Shown: positions 27,475-37,454, counted from the first letter of the stretch. The stretch is DNA of 64,000 nucleotides from Acidimicrobiia bacterium (GCA_965216445.1 OZ244166.1:1565176-1629175); one strand, 5' to 3'. The notes: generated by a model not told the origin, from the sequence alone. A program made the numbers and translations.

Positions 27475-28218
27475 ATGGCATGGTTGGGCCGTTTGGGACG
27501 AACAATCGCCACCTCTCTTGTCGGTTTCACCGTGACGTTGATCGCAGCCCCGCTGGTTGTGCTCATCGCATGGATCAATGACACCTCGCCATGGATCGAT
27601 CGAGTCATCAGGAGTTGGAGTCGCATCTGGCTCAGGGTTTCAGGCACCGACCTCACCATTCTTGGCGGTGAAGTCATCGACGAGGACCGCTCATATGTTG
27701 TCGTGGCCAATCACCAATCGACTCTCGACATCATGGCGTGCTTTCTCGCGGTACCGCTTCCGATTCGCTATCTCGCCAAAAAGGAGCTGTTCCGAATCCC
27801 GATCCTTGCCCAGGGCATGCGAGCGGTTGGCATCGTGGAGGTTGACCGAACGGCTCGTTCGGCGATACATGCCGAGGTGAACCGCAAATCCAAAGAGCTC
27901 ATAGCCAAGGGACGCAGCCTGATCATCTACCCCGAAGGGACCCGGCCCAGGGACGGCGCGCTTGATCCCTTCAAGAAGGGTGCGTTCACGATGGCGATCG
28001 CCAGCCAGCTCCCGGTTCTGCCGGTAACGATTCATGGCACATACGAAGCTTGGCGACCGGGCACTCTCTGGGTACGGGGCGGACCGGTGACCGTGGTCGT
28101 CGACAAGCCGATCGAGACCATCGGGATGACTCATCAGGACGCCGCCGACCTGACGAAGCAGACCTACAAGATCATTGCTGGACGTGTGGCCGAACTTGGT
28201 GGGACTATTCGCGTCTGA
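27475..28218 (+). CDS. plsC: 1-acyl-sn-glycerol-3-phosphate acyltransferase
   Basis: HX4D motif (VVANHQSTLD), YPEGTR motif, N-terminal TM anchor. Confidence 0.8.
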   Translation: MAWLGRLGRTIATSLVGFTVTLIAAPLVVLIAWINDTSPWIDRVIRSWSRIWLRVSGTDLTILGGEVIDEDRSYVVVANHQSTLDIMACFLAVPLPIRYLAKKELFRIPILAQGMRAVGIVEVDRTARSAIHAEVNRKSKELIAKGRSLIIYPEGTRPRDGALDPFKKGAFTMAIASQLPVLPVTIHGTYEAWRPGTLWVRGGPVTVVVDKPIETIGMTHQDAADLTKQTYKIIAGRVAELGGTIRV

Positions 28219-28300
28219 GCCATCTTCCTGAGGGGCGTCTGCCGTTTCCAATTCGTGCCGGATGTCGGCCGACGCGCCTCAAACCGTCCAGGACGCGGTT

Positions 28301-28813
28301 CTATCCGAATGGGTGCTGCGCCAACTCTCTGCTGTAGATTCGATTGAGAACCAACTCAACGACCATGATCAACACCGCGGACACCGAGGCTGCGACCACT
28401 GTCCACCCCGAGGTTCCCCATGACGCTGCAACGACGCCGCCCACTATGACGAGCGGTCGCACGAAAGTGGCGGGGCCGAGTACCAGGACCGTGCTGAGTG
28501 CCTGCCACTCCAGGCTGGCAGAGAAGTAACCCAAGAAACCAAGGGAAACCAGAAGACAGAACGGGGCATAGACGAGGATCATGCGATTACCGGCGGCAAC
28601 CAGTTCCTCGTAGGCGACCGATGATGCAAGCAATAGCGCGATCAGGATGGTCGCTATCAGAATAAGTGCGGCGAACGCGCCGGTAGCACCCCGCACCGCG
28701 CTCTTCAGGCGAGCGTTGCGCTTGACAACACGACCGTCGCGTCCGGCCCAAGCACGGAAACCGGCAAGCGCACCATCCACCAGGGCCATGAGACAGAGAA
28801 CCGTTGCGGTCAT
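28301..28813 (-). CDS. hypothetical membrane protein
   Basis: 170 aa, 5-6 TM helices; immediately downstream of the methyltransferase gene (8-nt gap). Confidence 0.4.
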   Translation of the reverse strand: MTATVLCLMALVDGALAGFRAWAGRDGRVVKRNARLKSAVRGATGAFAALILIATILIALLLASSVAYEELVAAGNRMILVYAPFCLLVSLGFLGYFSASLEWQALSTVLVLGPATFVRPLVIVGGVVAASWGTSGWTVVAASVSAVLIMVVELVLNRIYSRELAQHPFG

Positions 28814-28820
28814 CGCTGAC

Positions 28821-29549
28821 TCATTGAGGTTCGTGCAATCGGTCGGCTATAGATCCCAGCGCTGGACGGAAGCTCGGCACAAGATCGGGTCGAAGACCAA
28901 TGACTGGACGCATGACATTGAGCCATGGTGGACGATCATGCGTGGCGTCGAAGATCAACGGCGACCACTCGGCAACCCCTTTTCGTAGCTGCTCAACGAG
29001 CGCGGCGTCCGAATGAGCCCGGAGCGCTGACCGCAAGCCATCGTGTCGCGCCAGCGGTTCCCGCATGCGGGCCCAGTGAAAGATCCACGCTCCGATCGGC
29101 GACAACCTGCTTGGAGCGACATCGAAGTGCATGAAACCGATTGTTCCCGCACGATTCTGTAGTGCAAAGAACTCGGCGAGTGCATCGGCCTCGATGTGGT
29201 GGAGGACCCCGCTCGAAATGAAGACGGTCGCGTCCACGTCAAGCTCGAACGCGTTCCCCAGAACGAATCTGCACGGCAGGTCTTCCATCTCGCCCAGACG
29301 TTGCGCTGCGCCGAGAAGGCTGGCGTTGTAGTCCACCCCGATGAGTTCGACATCGGGGCCGAGGACTCCAGACTCGGCTAGGTGGCGGACGATGTAGCCG
29401 AGTCCGCACCCGATGTCGACGACAACAAAAGGGGAATGCTGGACTGTCCGGCGCAAGGCAAGGAGAAGTCGCGCCACGTGCTGACCAAGCCGGATCTCTT
29501 CTGCCAGCCGCTGAAGTTCCAAATGCGATCGAAGAAGAATGCCATCCAC
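28821..29549 (-). CDS. class I SAM-dependent methyltransferase
   Basis: Motif I VVDIGCGLGY; acidic motif II. Confidence 0.7.
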   Translation of the reverse strand: MDGILLRSHLELQRLAEEIRLGQHVARLLLALRRTVQHSPFVVVDIGCGLGYIVRHLAESGVLGPDVELIGVDYNASLLGAAQRLGEMEDLPCRFVLGNAFELDVDATVFISSGVLHHIEADALAEFFALQNRAGTIGFMHFDVAPSRLSPIGAWIFHWARMREPLARHDGLRSALRAHSDAALVEQLRKGVAEWSPLIFDATHDRPPWLNVMRPVIGLRPDLVPSFRPALGSIADRLHEPQ

Positions 29550-30211
29550 CCCGACCTCGTCGAAGAACTCACCACGGCGAGGAGTCGGGCTGCTAGACGA
29601 GCACTTCTGCGATGACCTACTTGCAGGAGTTGTTCGACCACCTCATTCACCACAACCGGTTTTCGGGAGCCGGTTGTTGAGTCAAAGTCGACGATCATGT
29701 CCGAGAGTTCGGCATGACGGAGATGGTGGTGGTTGCGGTTCATGCTGGTCCTGCGACACTCCGGCCAAGAGGCTGTCGAGGGAACCCTAGGTGTCCCTGG
29801 GAGGACACCTCGGCCTCCCTGATGTCAGGACAGCCAACGAAGGTCGGACCTAAACGCCAAACCACCAACTGTCGATGAGGTTTTACTGTCGGTCAGCTGC
29901 TTTCGACCTGAACGGCAAGCCGGAAGCAAGACTCCGAGTAGCAACGCGGCTCCCTCCCAGCCATTGCTCGCCAGATCGTATCCAGTATTGCGCCGAGAAA
30001 CCCTGTCGAGAACCGCTTCCATGTCTTGTTTACTAGCCACCGATCGAGAGTGACTCAAGCCCTATGAATTCGGCGCACGGTTTGACATCTTCTCAATGGG
30101 CATCGGGGCTCGTTGTGTTCGCGTGCCTTCGTCGGAGTTTCCTTGTCGAACTCCCGTCCCGGTCTTCGCATGGTCTTCGGGATCTCGTCGATGAACGTGA
30201 TCCGCGACTTC

Positions 30212-30400
30212 CTAAAGATGTTCGGGGCCACCTCCGCTCCTTGGCAATTCGATTATTGGCCAGGCCGCGGTACCGAGCCGGATGTCATCCGTCCCCCCGT
30301 AGACACTGGTGATCGGGAGTTGTGCAAAGTCTGGGAACTGAGTCCGCAACAGAAGCCGAACAAGCTCGACATCGGTCTGACCATCGTGCATCCTCGATCT
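30212..30400 (-). pseudogene. remnant (N-terminal about 60 aa) of an aminoglycoside-phosphotransferase-family paralogue
   Basis: Translation MHDGQTDVELVRLLLRTQFPDFAQLPITSVYGGTDDIRLGTA aligns with the intact APH N-terminus at 31301-32230 (MHADQVATSVDLVRNLIATQFPRFSQLSITPVASWGTDHDIYRIGG), then diverges and stops. No continuation in other frames. Confidence 0.5.
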
Positions 30401-30616
30401 CATGAGGGCATTGTGACTCCGGGTTACCCGAGGGTGCGGGCCATTAACCGTCAACATCGCTTCAACCCCGATGAGCCAGTGATCCCCATCACGACGAGGG
30501 TGCTCGTGCCGGTCGTCATCTGACTCGGTTGTGAAGCCCATCTCAGCGAAATCGTGTGGCTCGACTTCTAGCGTTGACCACTAACTCCTAGAGTCGGTCC
30601 TAGTCAAGGAGGTTCT

Positions 30617-31273
30617 ATGAACTGGGGTCGTCTCTATTTCGGAAGCATCATCGTTGCTGTTGGTGTCATCCTTCTTCTCGACAACACCGGGACGGTCGAC
30701 GCCGGCGACATCTTCAGCACCTGGTGGCCGGTGCTTGTCATAACAGCAGGTCTCTTGATGTTGGCCGCCAACCCAGGCCGCTGGATCATGCCCCTACTGG
30801 TGACAGCAGTCGGTGTTGCTCTGCTGTTGTCAACGCTCGATGTGGTCGACATCGGTGACTTCCTATGGCCGGCCATACTCGTGGTTGTCGGCCTGGTGGT
30901 CATGTTCGGCCGAAACGCCGGGGGCGGCTCCTCCGATACGGGCAGCACGGTGTCGAACTTCACAGTGTTTTCGGGAAGTGAGCTGGCATCACATTCGGAC
31001 AGTTTCGAAGGTGGAAGCGTGTCGGCGTTGTTCGGAGGGGTCGAGTTGGACCTTCGCGACGCTCAGCTGGCACCCGACGCCGTTCTCGATGTCTTCACAG
31101 CGTTCGGCGGGGTTGAGGTCATCGTGCGCGACGGTTGGGATGTGGTGGTCAAGGGTTTCCCCATCTTCGGTGCTGTTGAGAACGCCACGATCAAGGACAA
31201 ACTGCCCTCAGCGTCCCCTACCTTGACCATCAACGCCACCGTGATTTTCGGGGGGCTCGAGGTCAAGCACTGA
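30617..31273 (+). CDS. membrane protein with LiaF-like / DUF2154 'toastrack' C-terminal domain
   Basis: Four N-terminal TM helices; C-terminal repetitive beta-rich region (FGGVELDLRD...FGGVEVIV...IFGGLEVK). Confidence 0.45.
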   Translation: MNWGRLYFGSIIVAVGVILLLDNTGTVDAGDIFSTWWPVLVITAGLLMLAANPGRWIMPLLVTAVGVALLLSTLDVVDIGDFLWPAILVVVGLVVMFGRNAGGGSSDTGSTVSNFTVFSGSELASHSDSFEGGSVSALFGGVELDLRDAQLAPDAVLDVFTAFGGVEVIVRDGWDVVVKGFPIFGAVENATIKDKLPSASPTLTINATVIFGGLEVKH

Positions 31274-31300
31274 GGCCGACTCCGACGACGAGAGCCCCGA

Positions 31301-32230
31301 TCATGGCGGCGCGTCGTCTTTGATCGCCTCTCTCAGAGCCCATTCCGCCTGCCGGACGATCCCTGGGTTGCTCTCCCAGTAATACGCCAAGGCCGACACC
31401 GTCTGAAATACGACCCATCCCCGACCACGGAGCCAGGCCTCCTCGTCTACATCAAGTGCGGTGAGAAACCTACGACGAGGCCTGCCTACAAACACATTCC
31501 ATGCAGGTTGGAGATCACAAGCCGGGTCACCCACATTCAACCCACCAAAGTCGATCACCGCCGACAACCTGCCATCCTTAACCAACAGATTCCCGGGCAG
31601 GAGGTCCCCATGCACCCAGACCTGCGTCCCATCCCACGACCCGACCTCCCGAGCCTGCTGCCAGCATCGCAACACTCCTGTTCTGTCGACGCGGTCGCCA
31701 AGCTCATCGATTGACCTTCGGACGTCCTCGTCAAACTGGAGAAGTGGTCCTCCCCGGCATCGGTGACGGTGATGCGGAGCCCCAACCGTCTCATTTCCCC
31801 TGAGTGCCTTGATGAAGCCGGCGAGATCAGAGGCAGCGGCGTCGTGGTCGTCCAAACCATGGGAAGCATCCACGCCCGGAAGCCATTTGCTGATCGACCA
31901 GGCATAGGGATATCCGTGTTCAGGACGACCGATAGCCACCTGTTCCGGTACCACCAGCGGCAAGTGAGGTGCCAACAATGGAAGCCACTCTGCCTCTTTG
32001 TATGCCTGTTCAACGGCCCATCCGACGATGGGAAGTCGTACAACCAACTCGCCGCCAATCCGATAGATGTCGTGATCGGTTCCCCACGAGGCGACGGGCG
32101 TGATCGAGAGTTGTGAAAACCGAGGAAACTGAGTCGCGATCAGATTCCGGACCAGATCGACGCTAGTAGCCACCTGGTCAGCATGCATTTGCTGTACCAC
32201 AACTGCATTCTGTTGCTGGACCGTCGGCAA
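31301..32230 (-). CDS. phosphotransferase (APH/choline kinase family) protein
   Basis: Catalytic-loop and Brenner-like motifs (VHGDLLPGNLLV, IDFGGLNVGDP); 309 aa. Confidence 0.7.
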   Translation of the reverse strand: MPTVQQQNAVVVQQMHADQVATSVDLVRNLIATQFPRFSQLSITPVASWGTDHDIYRIGGELVVRLPIVGWAVEQAYKEAEWLPLLAPHLPLVVPEQVAIGRPEHGYPYAWSISKWLPGVDASHGLDDHDAAASDLAGFIKALRGNETVGAPHHRHRCRGGPLLQFDEDVRRSIDELGDRVDRTGVLRCWQQAREVGSWDGTQVWVHGDLLPGNLLVKDGRLSAVIDFGGLNVGDPACDLQPAWNVFVGRPRRRFLTALDVDEEAWLRGRGWVVFQTVSALAYYWESNPGIVRQAEWALREAIKDDAPP

Positions 32231-32256
32231 ATGCGGGCGATTAACTGAAGACAGCG

Positions 32257-32565
32257 TCAGCCTAAGACCTGACGAGCCAGATAGAACAGGACGGACCCTG
32301 CGACCAAGACAGCTAGTAGAGACCGTTTGAACAGTGCGGCGCCGATTACACCACCGAGGGCCGCCGCCAAGCCCGGACCGAACTCGGCCGAGCCCTCGGG
32401 AGCCAATAGTCCCGAAGTGGCAATGGCTACAAACAGAGCGAGAGGGAACACATCCAAGAACCGACCAACCAGTCCTCCCGGCACTGGAAGCGGACTCGCC
32501 ATGAGCAGAGCCCGGGAAGCGAAGGTGATCACGGCAACCCCGACCACGAGGAGGAGATCACTCAT
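32257..32565 (-). CDS. AzlD-family branched-chain amino acid transporter subunit
   Basis: Small 4-TM protein. Start taken at the internal Met (MSDLLLVVGVAV), which leaves an 8-nt overlap with azlC. The longer ORF runs to 32673. Confidence 0.55.
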   Translation of the reverse strand: MSDLLLVVGVAVITFASRALLMASPLPVPGGLVGRFLDVFPLALFVAIATSGLLAPEGSAEFGPGLAAALGGVIGAALFKRSLLAVLVAGSVLFYLARQVLG

Positions 32566-33232
32566 CAACAAGGACTCCGACTGAAGCCGCTCCGATTGCG
32601 GCGGCCGTAACCTGCCACGCCGCTGGCAAGAAGAGGACCGCCCCAATGGTGGCAATGATGCTGACGCCGACAACGATCCAATCTCTCCGCAACCTCACCA
32701 TCGGCGCAGCCAAACCCAAGAACAACAGCCCGAACAGCACATCGATGCCGATCGCCTGGGGGTCTATCGAAGATCCGAACCAAACACCGATCGCGGTTCC
32801 CAGTACCCAACCAATGACCAGCAAGGCGTCCGCCGCTGTCTTGTACGCAACCAGGTCCTCAACATCGGAGTCGGCCGCACGCAGGGTCAGGCCGAATGTC
32901 TCGTCAACCAACACGTATGCCAGCCTCAGCCGCGTGGCCAGAGGCTGGCGACCGATCAGACGACTCAAGGAGGCCGCCATGGGGAGATGACGGAGACCTA
33001 GACCTGTGGCCGCCACCAAGACCGGGACAGCACCAGCACCCGAGCCAAGCAGACCCATCATGGCGAACTGGGCCGCCCCCGAAACAATCAGCACGGACGA
33101 GAGAATCGCTAGCCAAGCAGGGAAACGGACCTCAATTGCCAGTACGCCGTAGGCAACACCAAAGGCTCCTACGGCGAAGAAGATGAGCACTGACTCCCGA
33201 AGCCCCCGGCGGAAGGAGCCATCGCTGAACAT
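32558..33232 (-). CDS. AzlC-family branched-chain amino acid transporter permease
   Basis: 224 aa, multi-TM; AzlC-like pattern and adjacent to an AzlD-like gene. Confidence 0.6.
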   Translation of the reverse strand: MFSDGSFRRGLRESVLIFFAVGAFGVAYGVLAIEVRFPAWLAILSSVLIVSGAAQFAMMGLLGSGAGAVPVLVAATGLGLRHLPMAASLSRLIGRQPLATRLRLAYVLVDETFGLTLRAADSDVEDLVAYKTAADALLVIGWVLGTAIGVWFGSSIDPQAIGIDVLFGLLFLGLAAPMVRLRRDWIVVGVSIIATIGAVLFLPAAWQVTAAAIGAASVGVLVDE

Positions 33233-33262
33233 CCAACGATGATAGGAGTACCGATCTCCTGC

Positions 33263-34807
33263 TCAGTCATAGATGCCGGCTAGGAAACTCCTCCCCTCCG
33301 CCACCACACACAACAACGCTCCTGCTGATGTGACCAACTGGTATCGATCAGCGTCTCTCTCCCCTACCCACCACCGACCACTCAACCGCCATGGACCGCT
33401 CCAGGTGAGAACCGGCTCCCAACGTGTGCCAAGACGGACTCGAGATGGCATTCCCCCATCCCATTCCACCTGTAGGGGCTGGAGACGGGGCGGGACAAGT
33501 GCAGGCGAAGGTTTGGGTGTTGCCCCTTTCCAGGGCACATTCGGGTCACGTTTCACGTGCGATTCCGGCTCGTTCCAACGTGTCCATGAGACTCGCTCCG
33601 CGGGCATTCGACCACCCTGGGCTCGACCCTGCATGACCCCGTCAGGCCCAAGCAGAGTCTGGGTGCGAGCAAAGGCTCGTTCGGCTTCGATGCGGGCTGT
33701 CTCATCACCAAAGACGCCTAGCTGGCGACCTTCACCAGAGAGGTCGGATGGTGCGATACGGATCCGAACAATCCCACCGGGGACACCTCCGGATTCAACC
33801 CATGCACGCAATTGCCACCAGACCCGATCGGTCAATGCTTTTTCAGTGAAGGGATCGGCCGACCTCCAGATCCGTTCCCGTTCCTTCCCCAATAACGGCT
33901 CCGCCAAAATCGCAACTTGATGTGGGGCGACCCCCACCTTCCGTAGTTGGACCAGCATCCGCTCAGAGATGTTCCTCGCCGCAAACGCAACTGCGTCTAT
34001 GTGCTCCAGTGGGTCCTCGAACACCATCTCAACAGCAAGCTCTGGTTGGATTTCTCGTGGCTCAGCACTGCGGTCTTCACCACTAGCCAATTTGTGGGCC
34101 AGCACCCCTTCGTTGCCGAAACGGGTCGCGAGAGCGTCACGGGGAAAGCCGACCAAGTCACCCAGTGTTGAGACGCCCAGCCAACGGAAGGTCGCAATCA
34201 GCGAGTCACTGGCAACACCATCCCTCAGGGAATCGAGTTCCAGGGTGGAAAGAAACGATCTGGTGTCATCGACTATCAGCGGGTGTCCAACTTTCGCCTT
34301 GGCTGCCGCCCACCTCGCCGCAAAAGGACCATCCGCGACACCCAATAGCGCCTCCCACCCCATTTCGGTCTCGTTCGATCGGAGATTCCGCTTCTCAACC
34401 GATATCCCGCCACTATTGGCGGTCTGTTCCTTAGGAAGGGCTTCGATGATCTTCTTTGAAAGAGCTTCCTCCCCTCCATAAAACTTGACTGCGCCAGCTA
34501 TACGGAGAAACGCCAGACCCGGTTCGACCACCTCAACTCTCGGCACGAGGTCTTCGATTATCTCAACTACTGCTTCGAAACGTCTTGCCTCTTCACCAAT
34601 GTCACGGACCAGAAGTGTTGCAAAGGGGGCCATGGCCTCCGCCTCGCGTCGGGGCATCCCCAACGTCACACCCGCAGCGATCACATCCGGGGTGGCCCCG
34701 GTGACTCGGTCGTCGGCGACAAGGAGTGACCTACCCGGCGGCGCGTCGGGTCGAGTCAACGACCACATCGGAAACCACACGCAAAGTGTTCGCTCCTTCA
34801 TCCTCAA
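33263..34807 (-). CDS. imuB: ImuB, Y-family polymerase-like mutasome subunit
   Basis: 514 aa. The N-terminus LCVWFPMWSL is the typical ImuB opening, followed by an inactive Y-family fold. Lies downstream of imuA' and under a LexA box. Confidence 0.75.
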   Translation of the reverse strand: MRMKERTLCVWFPMWSLTRPDAPPGRSLLVADDRVTGATPDVIAAGVTLGMPRREAEAMAPFATLLVRDIGEEARRFEAVVEIIEDLVPRVEVVEPGLAFLRIAGAVKFYGGEEALSKKIIEALPKEQTANSGGISVEKRNLRSNETEMGWEALLGVADGPFAARWAAAKAKVGHPLIVDDTRSFLSTLELDSLRDGVASDSLIATFRWLGVSTLGDLVGFPRDALATRFGNEGVLAHKLASGEDRSAEPREIQPELAVEMVFEDPLEHIDAVAFAARNISERMLVQLRKVGVAPHQVAILAEPLLGKERERIWRSADPFTEKALTDRVWWQLRAWVESGGVPGGIVRIRIAPSDLSGEGRQLGVFGDETARIEAERAFARTQTLLGPDGVMQGRAQGGRMPAERVSWTRWNEPESHVKRDPNVPWKGATPKPSPALVPPRLQPLQVEWDGGMPSRVRLGTRWEPVLTWSGPWRLSGRWWVGERDADRYQLVTSAGALLCVVAEGRSFLAGIYD

Positions 34808-35480
34808 CCTCAGTCACCCCATCCCGACCTACCTCATCGGGTTTCGGGGCAATGCTCTCGCCACCATCCTCTAGTTCGAAACGTCTCGTGACACCCGATG
34901 CACCTTTGCCTGAAGCCTCGAGAAGGAGACGACGTCGGGTCAATTTTCCATGACCACGGTCGGCGCCCTCCCACGTGACACCAATGGCACGAAGCCGCAG
35001 ATGGGAAACACCACCAGGGAGACGCGACTCCATGGAACGAAATGCCACCTTGGTTTTACGTGCTCTCGCCAGAGCAGCCAACCGACGAAGGTCGTGCTCT
35101 CTGACACCACGAGGAACTTCGGCATAAACAGCTGGAACACCCTCCAAAAGCGCGGCAGTCACCTTGGACCAGAGAGGGATCTCATTACAGCGGACTATCA
35201 CCAAACTCTCTGCCTCTACTCCTGTCTCCCATGCCGCTTCAGGAGAAATCCAGCCACGTGTATCAACCACAACAACAGGACCGGTATGCGATGGCGCAGC
35301 GAGAAGACTCAGACCGAGACGGGTCAAACCGGAGCCGGTGTCACCAATCAGTTCCGTGACACGCCCGGGTTGAAGAGTGAGGAAAGAACTCTCGAGACTC
35401 CCCTGGGAAACAGAGGGGTGTTTGAGATTGATGCTTTCTATGCCCAAGGCAGTGACTCCGTTCAGTTCCTCGGCCTCCAT
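34731..35480 (-). CDS. imuA: ImuA' (RecA-fold, SOS cell-division-inhibitor-like mutasome subunit)
   Basis: 249 aa; degenerate P-loop LIGDTGSGLTRLGLSLLAA; operon with imuB; LexA box 60 bp upstream. Confidence 0.65.
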   Translation of the reverse strand: MEAEELNGVTALGIESINLKHPSVSQGSLESSFLTLQPGRVTELIGDTGSGLTRLGLSLLAAPSHTGPVVVVDTRGWISPEAAWETGVEAESLVIVRCNEIPLWSKVTAALLEGVPAVYAEVPRGVREHDLRRLAALARARKTKVAFRSMESRLPGGVSHLRLRAIGVTWEGADRGHGKLTRRRLLLEASGKGASGVTRRFELEDGGESIAPKPDEVGRDGVTEVEDEGANTLRVVSDVVVDSTRRAAG

Positions 35481-35539
35481 TTCGGCCTTGGTCTTATGCC
35501 TCGGCCTCTATTTCGGCCTCGGGTGGGCACTCCACTCTA

Positions 35540-35555
35540 TCGAACATATGTTCGA
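35540..35555. promoter_or_regulatory. LexA (SOS) box TCGAACATATGTTCGA in the imuA' / echA divergent intergenic region
   Basis: Perfect 16-bp palindrome identical to the dnaE2 box; 60 bp upstream of imuA'. Confidence 0.75.
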
Positions 35556-35581
35556 CTCGCAAGAAGGGATAGGCTCCCCAG

Positions 35582-36445
35582 ATGACCTATTCCACTCTCA
35601 CTTACGACGTCAGCGACCGCGTAGCCACCATCACCCTGAACCGACCGGAGCGCCTCAATGCCATCAACGATGAGATGCCGACAGAGATCCGACAGGCTGT
35701 TGAGGCTGCAAACCGAGACGAAGATGTTCACGTGATAGTGCTGACCGGAGCGGGCCGAGCATTTTGCGCTGGCTACGACCTCAAAGACTATGCGGAAGAC
35801 CCCGACACACCCCTGACCCAGGAGATGCCTTGGGATCCCATGATCGACTTCGATCTGATGTACCGAAACACTCAGGACTTCATGTCTTTGTGGCGCTCCT
35901 ACAAACCAACCATCGCCAAGATCCGGGGGTTCGCCGTTGCGGGAGGATCAGATATCGCCCTTTGCTGCGACCTGATCGTGATGGCAGACGACGCCAAGAT
36001 CGGATATCCACCAACTCGGGTATGGGGTTGTCCCACGACTGCAATGTGGGTTTATCGGATTGGTGCCGAGCAGGCGAAACGGATGCTGCTCACCGGCGAT
36101 CTGGTGACCGGCGCAGACGCCAAAAAGATGGGGCTTGTCATCGACGCCGTACCTGAAAGTCAGCTCGACGAGCGGGTAGGTGAGCTGGCCGATCGGATCA
36201 AAGGAGTGCCTCGAAATCAACTGATGATGCAGAAGCTGATGGTCAATCATGCCTATGAGAACATGGGTCTGGCTTCGACCCAGATGATGGCCACGTTGTT
36301 CGATGGAATCACCCGTCACTCCCCCGAAGGAATGTGGTTCAAGGAGAGGTCAGAAGAAGTCGGATTCCAACAAGCGGTCAAGGAACGAGACTCCGGTGAT
36401 CCGATTGCCGACGGTGTCAGCCGACGCCGACCACGAAGGGACTAA
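35582..36445 (+). CDS. enoyl-CoA hydratase/isomerase (crotonase) family protein
   Basis: VIVLTGAGRAFCAGYDLK oxyanion-hole motif; 287 aa. Confidence 0.8.
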   Translation: MTYSTLTYDVSDRVATITLNRPERLNAINDEMPTEIRQAVEAANRDEDVHVIVLTGAGRAFCAGYDLKDYAEDPDTPLTQEMPWDPMIDFDLMYRNTQDFMSLWRSYKPTIAKIRGFAVAGGSDIALCCDLIVMADDAKIGYPPTRVWGCPTTAMWVYRIGAEQAKRMLLTGDLVTGADAKKMGLVIDAVPESQLDERVGELADRIKGVPRNQLMMQKLMVNHAYENMGLASTQMMATLFDGITRHSPEGMWFKERSEEVGFQQAVKERDSGDPIADGVSRRRPRRD

Positions 36446-37338
36446 CCCTCTTCGAGTTCTTCGATCGTCGACGGCCAGTCGTCTTTGAGCAGCCGGGAAA
36501 GAGAGCGGTCGGCCAATAGCTTGCCACCGGTTTGGCAGGTGGCGCAGTAGTTGGTCTCGTTGGAGGCATAGACAATGCGTTGCACCGGGGACCCGCAACG
36601 TGGGCAAGGTTCCTTGTACTTCCCGTGTACCGCCATGTCATCTCGGAACGCCGTCACCTTCTTCGGCCATTGGTCGCCCACCTCATCTCGAAGACGCTGG
36701 GTCCAAGCATTGAGAGACTCGACGACGGCGCCGTGCAACCTTGCGACCTCATCATCGGAGAGCTGGCCGGTGCGTTTTACTGGTGAAAGCTGGGCAGACC
36801 AGAGGATCTCATCGGAGTATGCGTTGCCGATCCCCGAGAAGATTCTCTGATCGGTCAGCGCTCGTTTCAGGGTGCGGTTTTCTGATCGCAGTGCGGAGGC
36901 GAACTCCTCCGGAGAAGCTTCGAGGGGCTCCACTCCCCCACGGTCCTCCTTGATCAGGTCTTCTTCGCCACGGAAGACCCAGATGCCCGCACGGCGCTTG
37001 GTGCCTTGTTCGGTGAGGATCACCGACGCATCTTCGAAGTCAAACGCTGCCAGGCCCACCTTCTTCGGTATTGCCTTTTTGGGTGGTTCGAGGCGAAGGC
37101 GACCGGCGACCATGAGATGCACGACAACAAACAGCTCATCAGGAAACTCGAAGACGATACGCTTCCCAATTCGGCGGAAACCGGTGACCGTCTCCCCGAC
37201 CGGCGCATCATACGGAGGGTCATAGGTGCGCAACACCGATGGTGAGGCCACCCGCAAACCTGTGAGCTCCTTCCCCAGGAAGTTCCGTTCCAGGGCCTCG
37301 ATATAGACAGCAATGTCGGGAAGCTCGGGCATCTTCAC
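36442..37338 (-). CDS. Fpg/Nei-family DNA glycosylase (formamidopyrimidine-DNA glycosylase or endonuclease VIII)
   Basis: N-terminal MPELPDIAVY (P2/E3 catalytic start); H2TH region; C-terminal zinc finger CPRCG...CATCQ. Confidence 0.8.
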   Translation of the reverse strand: MKMPELPDIAVYIEALERNFLGKELTGLRVASPSVLRTYDPPYDAPVGETVTGFRRIGKRIVFEFPDELFVVVHLMVAGRLRLEPPKKAIPKKVGLAAFDFEDASVILTEQGTKRRAGIWVFRGEEDLIKEDRGGVEPLEASPEEFASALRSENRTLKRALTDQRIFSGIGNAYSDEILWSAQLSPVKRTGQLSDDEVARLHGAVVESLNAWTQRLRDEVGDQWPKKVTAFRDDMAVHGKYKEPCPRCGSPVQRIVYASNETNYCATCQTGGKLLADRSLSRLLKDDWPSTIEELEEG

Positions 37339-37454
37339 AAGCTAGTCGGCCCGCGCGACCGCAGCCTCATACGCCATGCACAGTGCAAATACGCACGGAA
37401 AACAACCGGATCTGCACAGTGCAAGGCGATTGGTGTACAGATCGCGACCACAAG

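Noticed and set aside
29378-29743. 121-aa ORF overlapping the methyltransferase N-terminus in another frame (His-rich start MNRNHHHLRH)
   Set aside because: Overlaps a well-supported gene by 170 nt and has no motifs. Cannot be excluded as a small upstream ORF, but there is no positive evidence.
30064-30523. Plus-strand ORFs (30064..30312, 30113..30523) in the gene-poor interval
   Set aside because: They lie antisense to the APH remnant whose translation shows clear homology to the neighbouring intact kinase; these plus-strand frames are most likely fortuitous.
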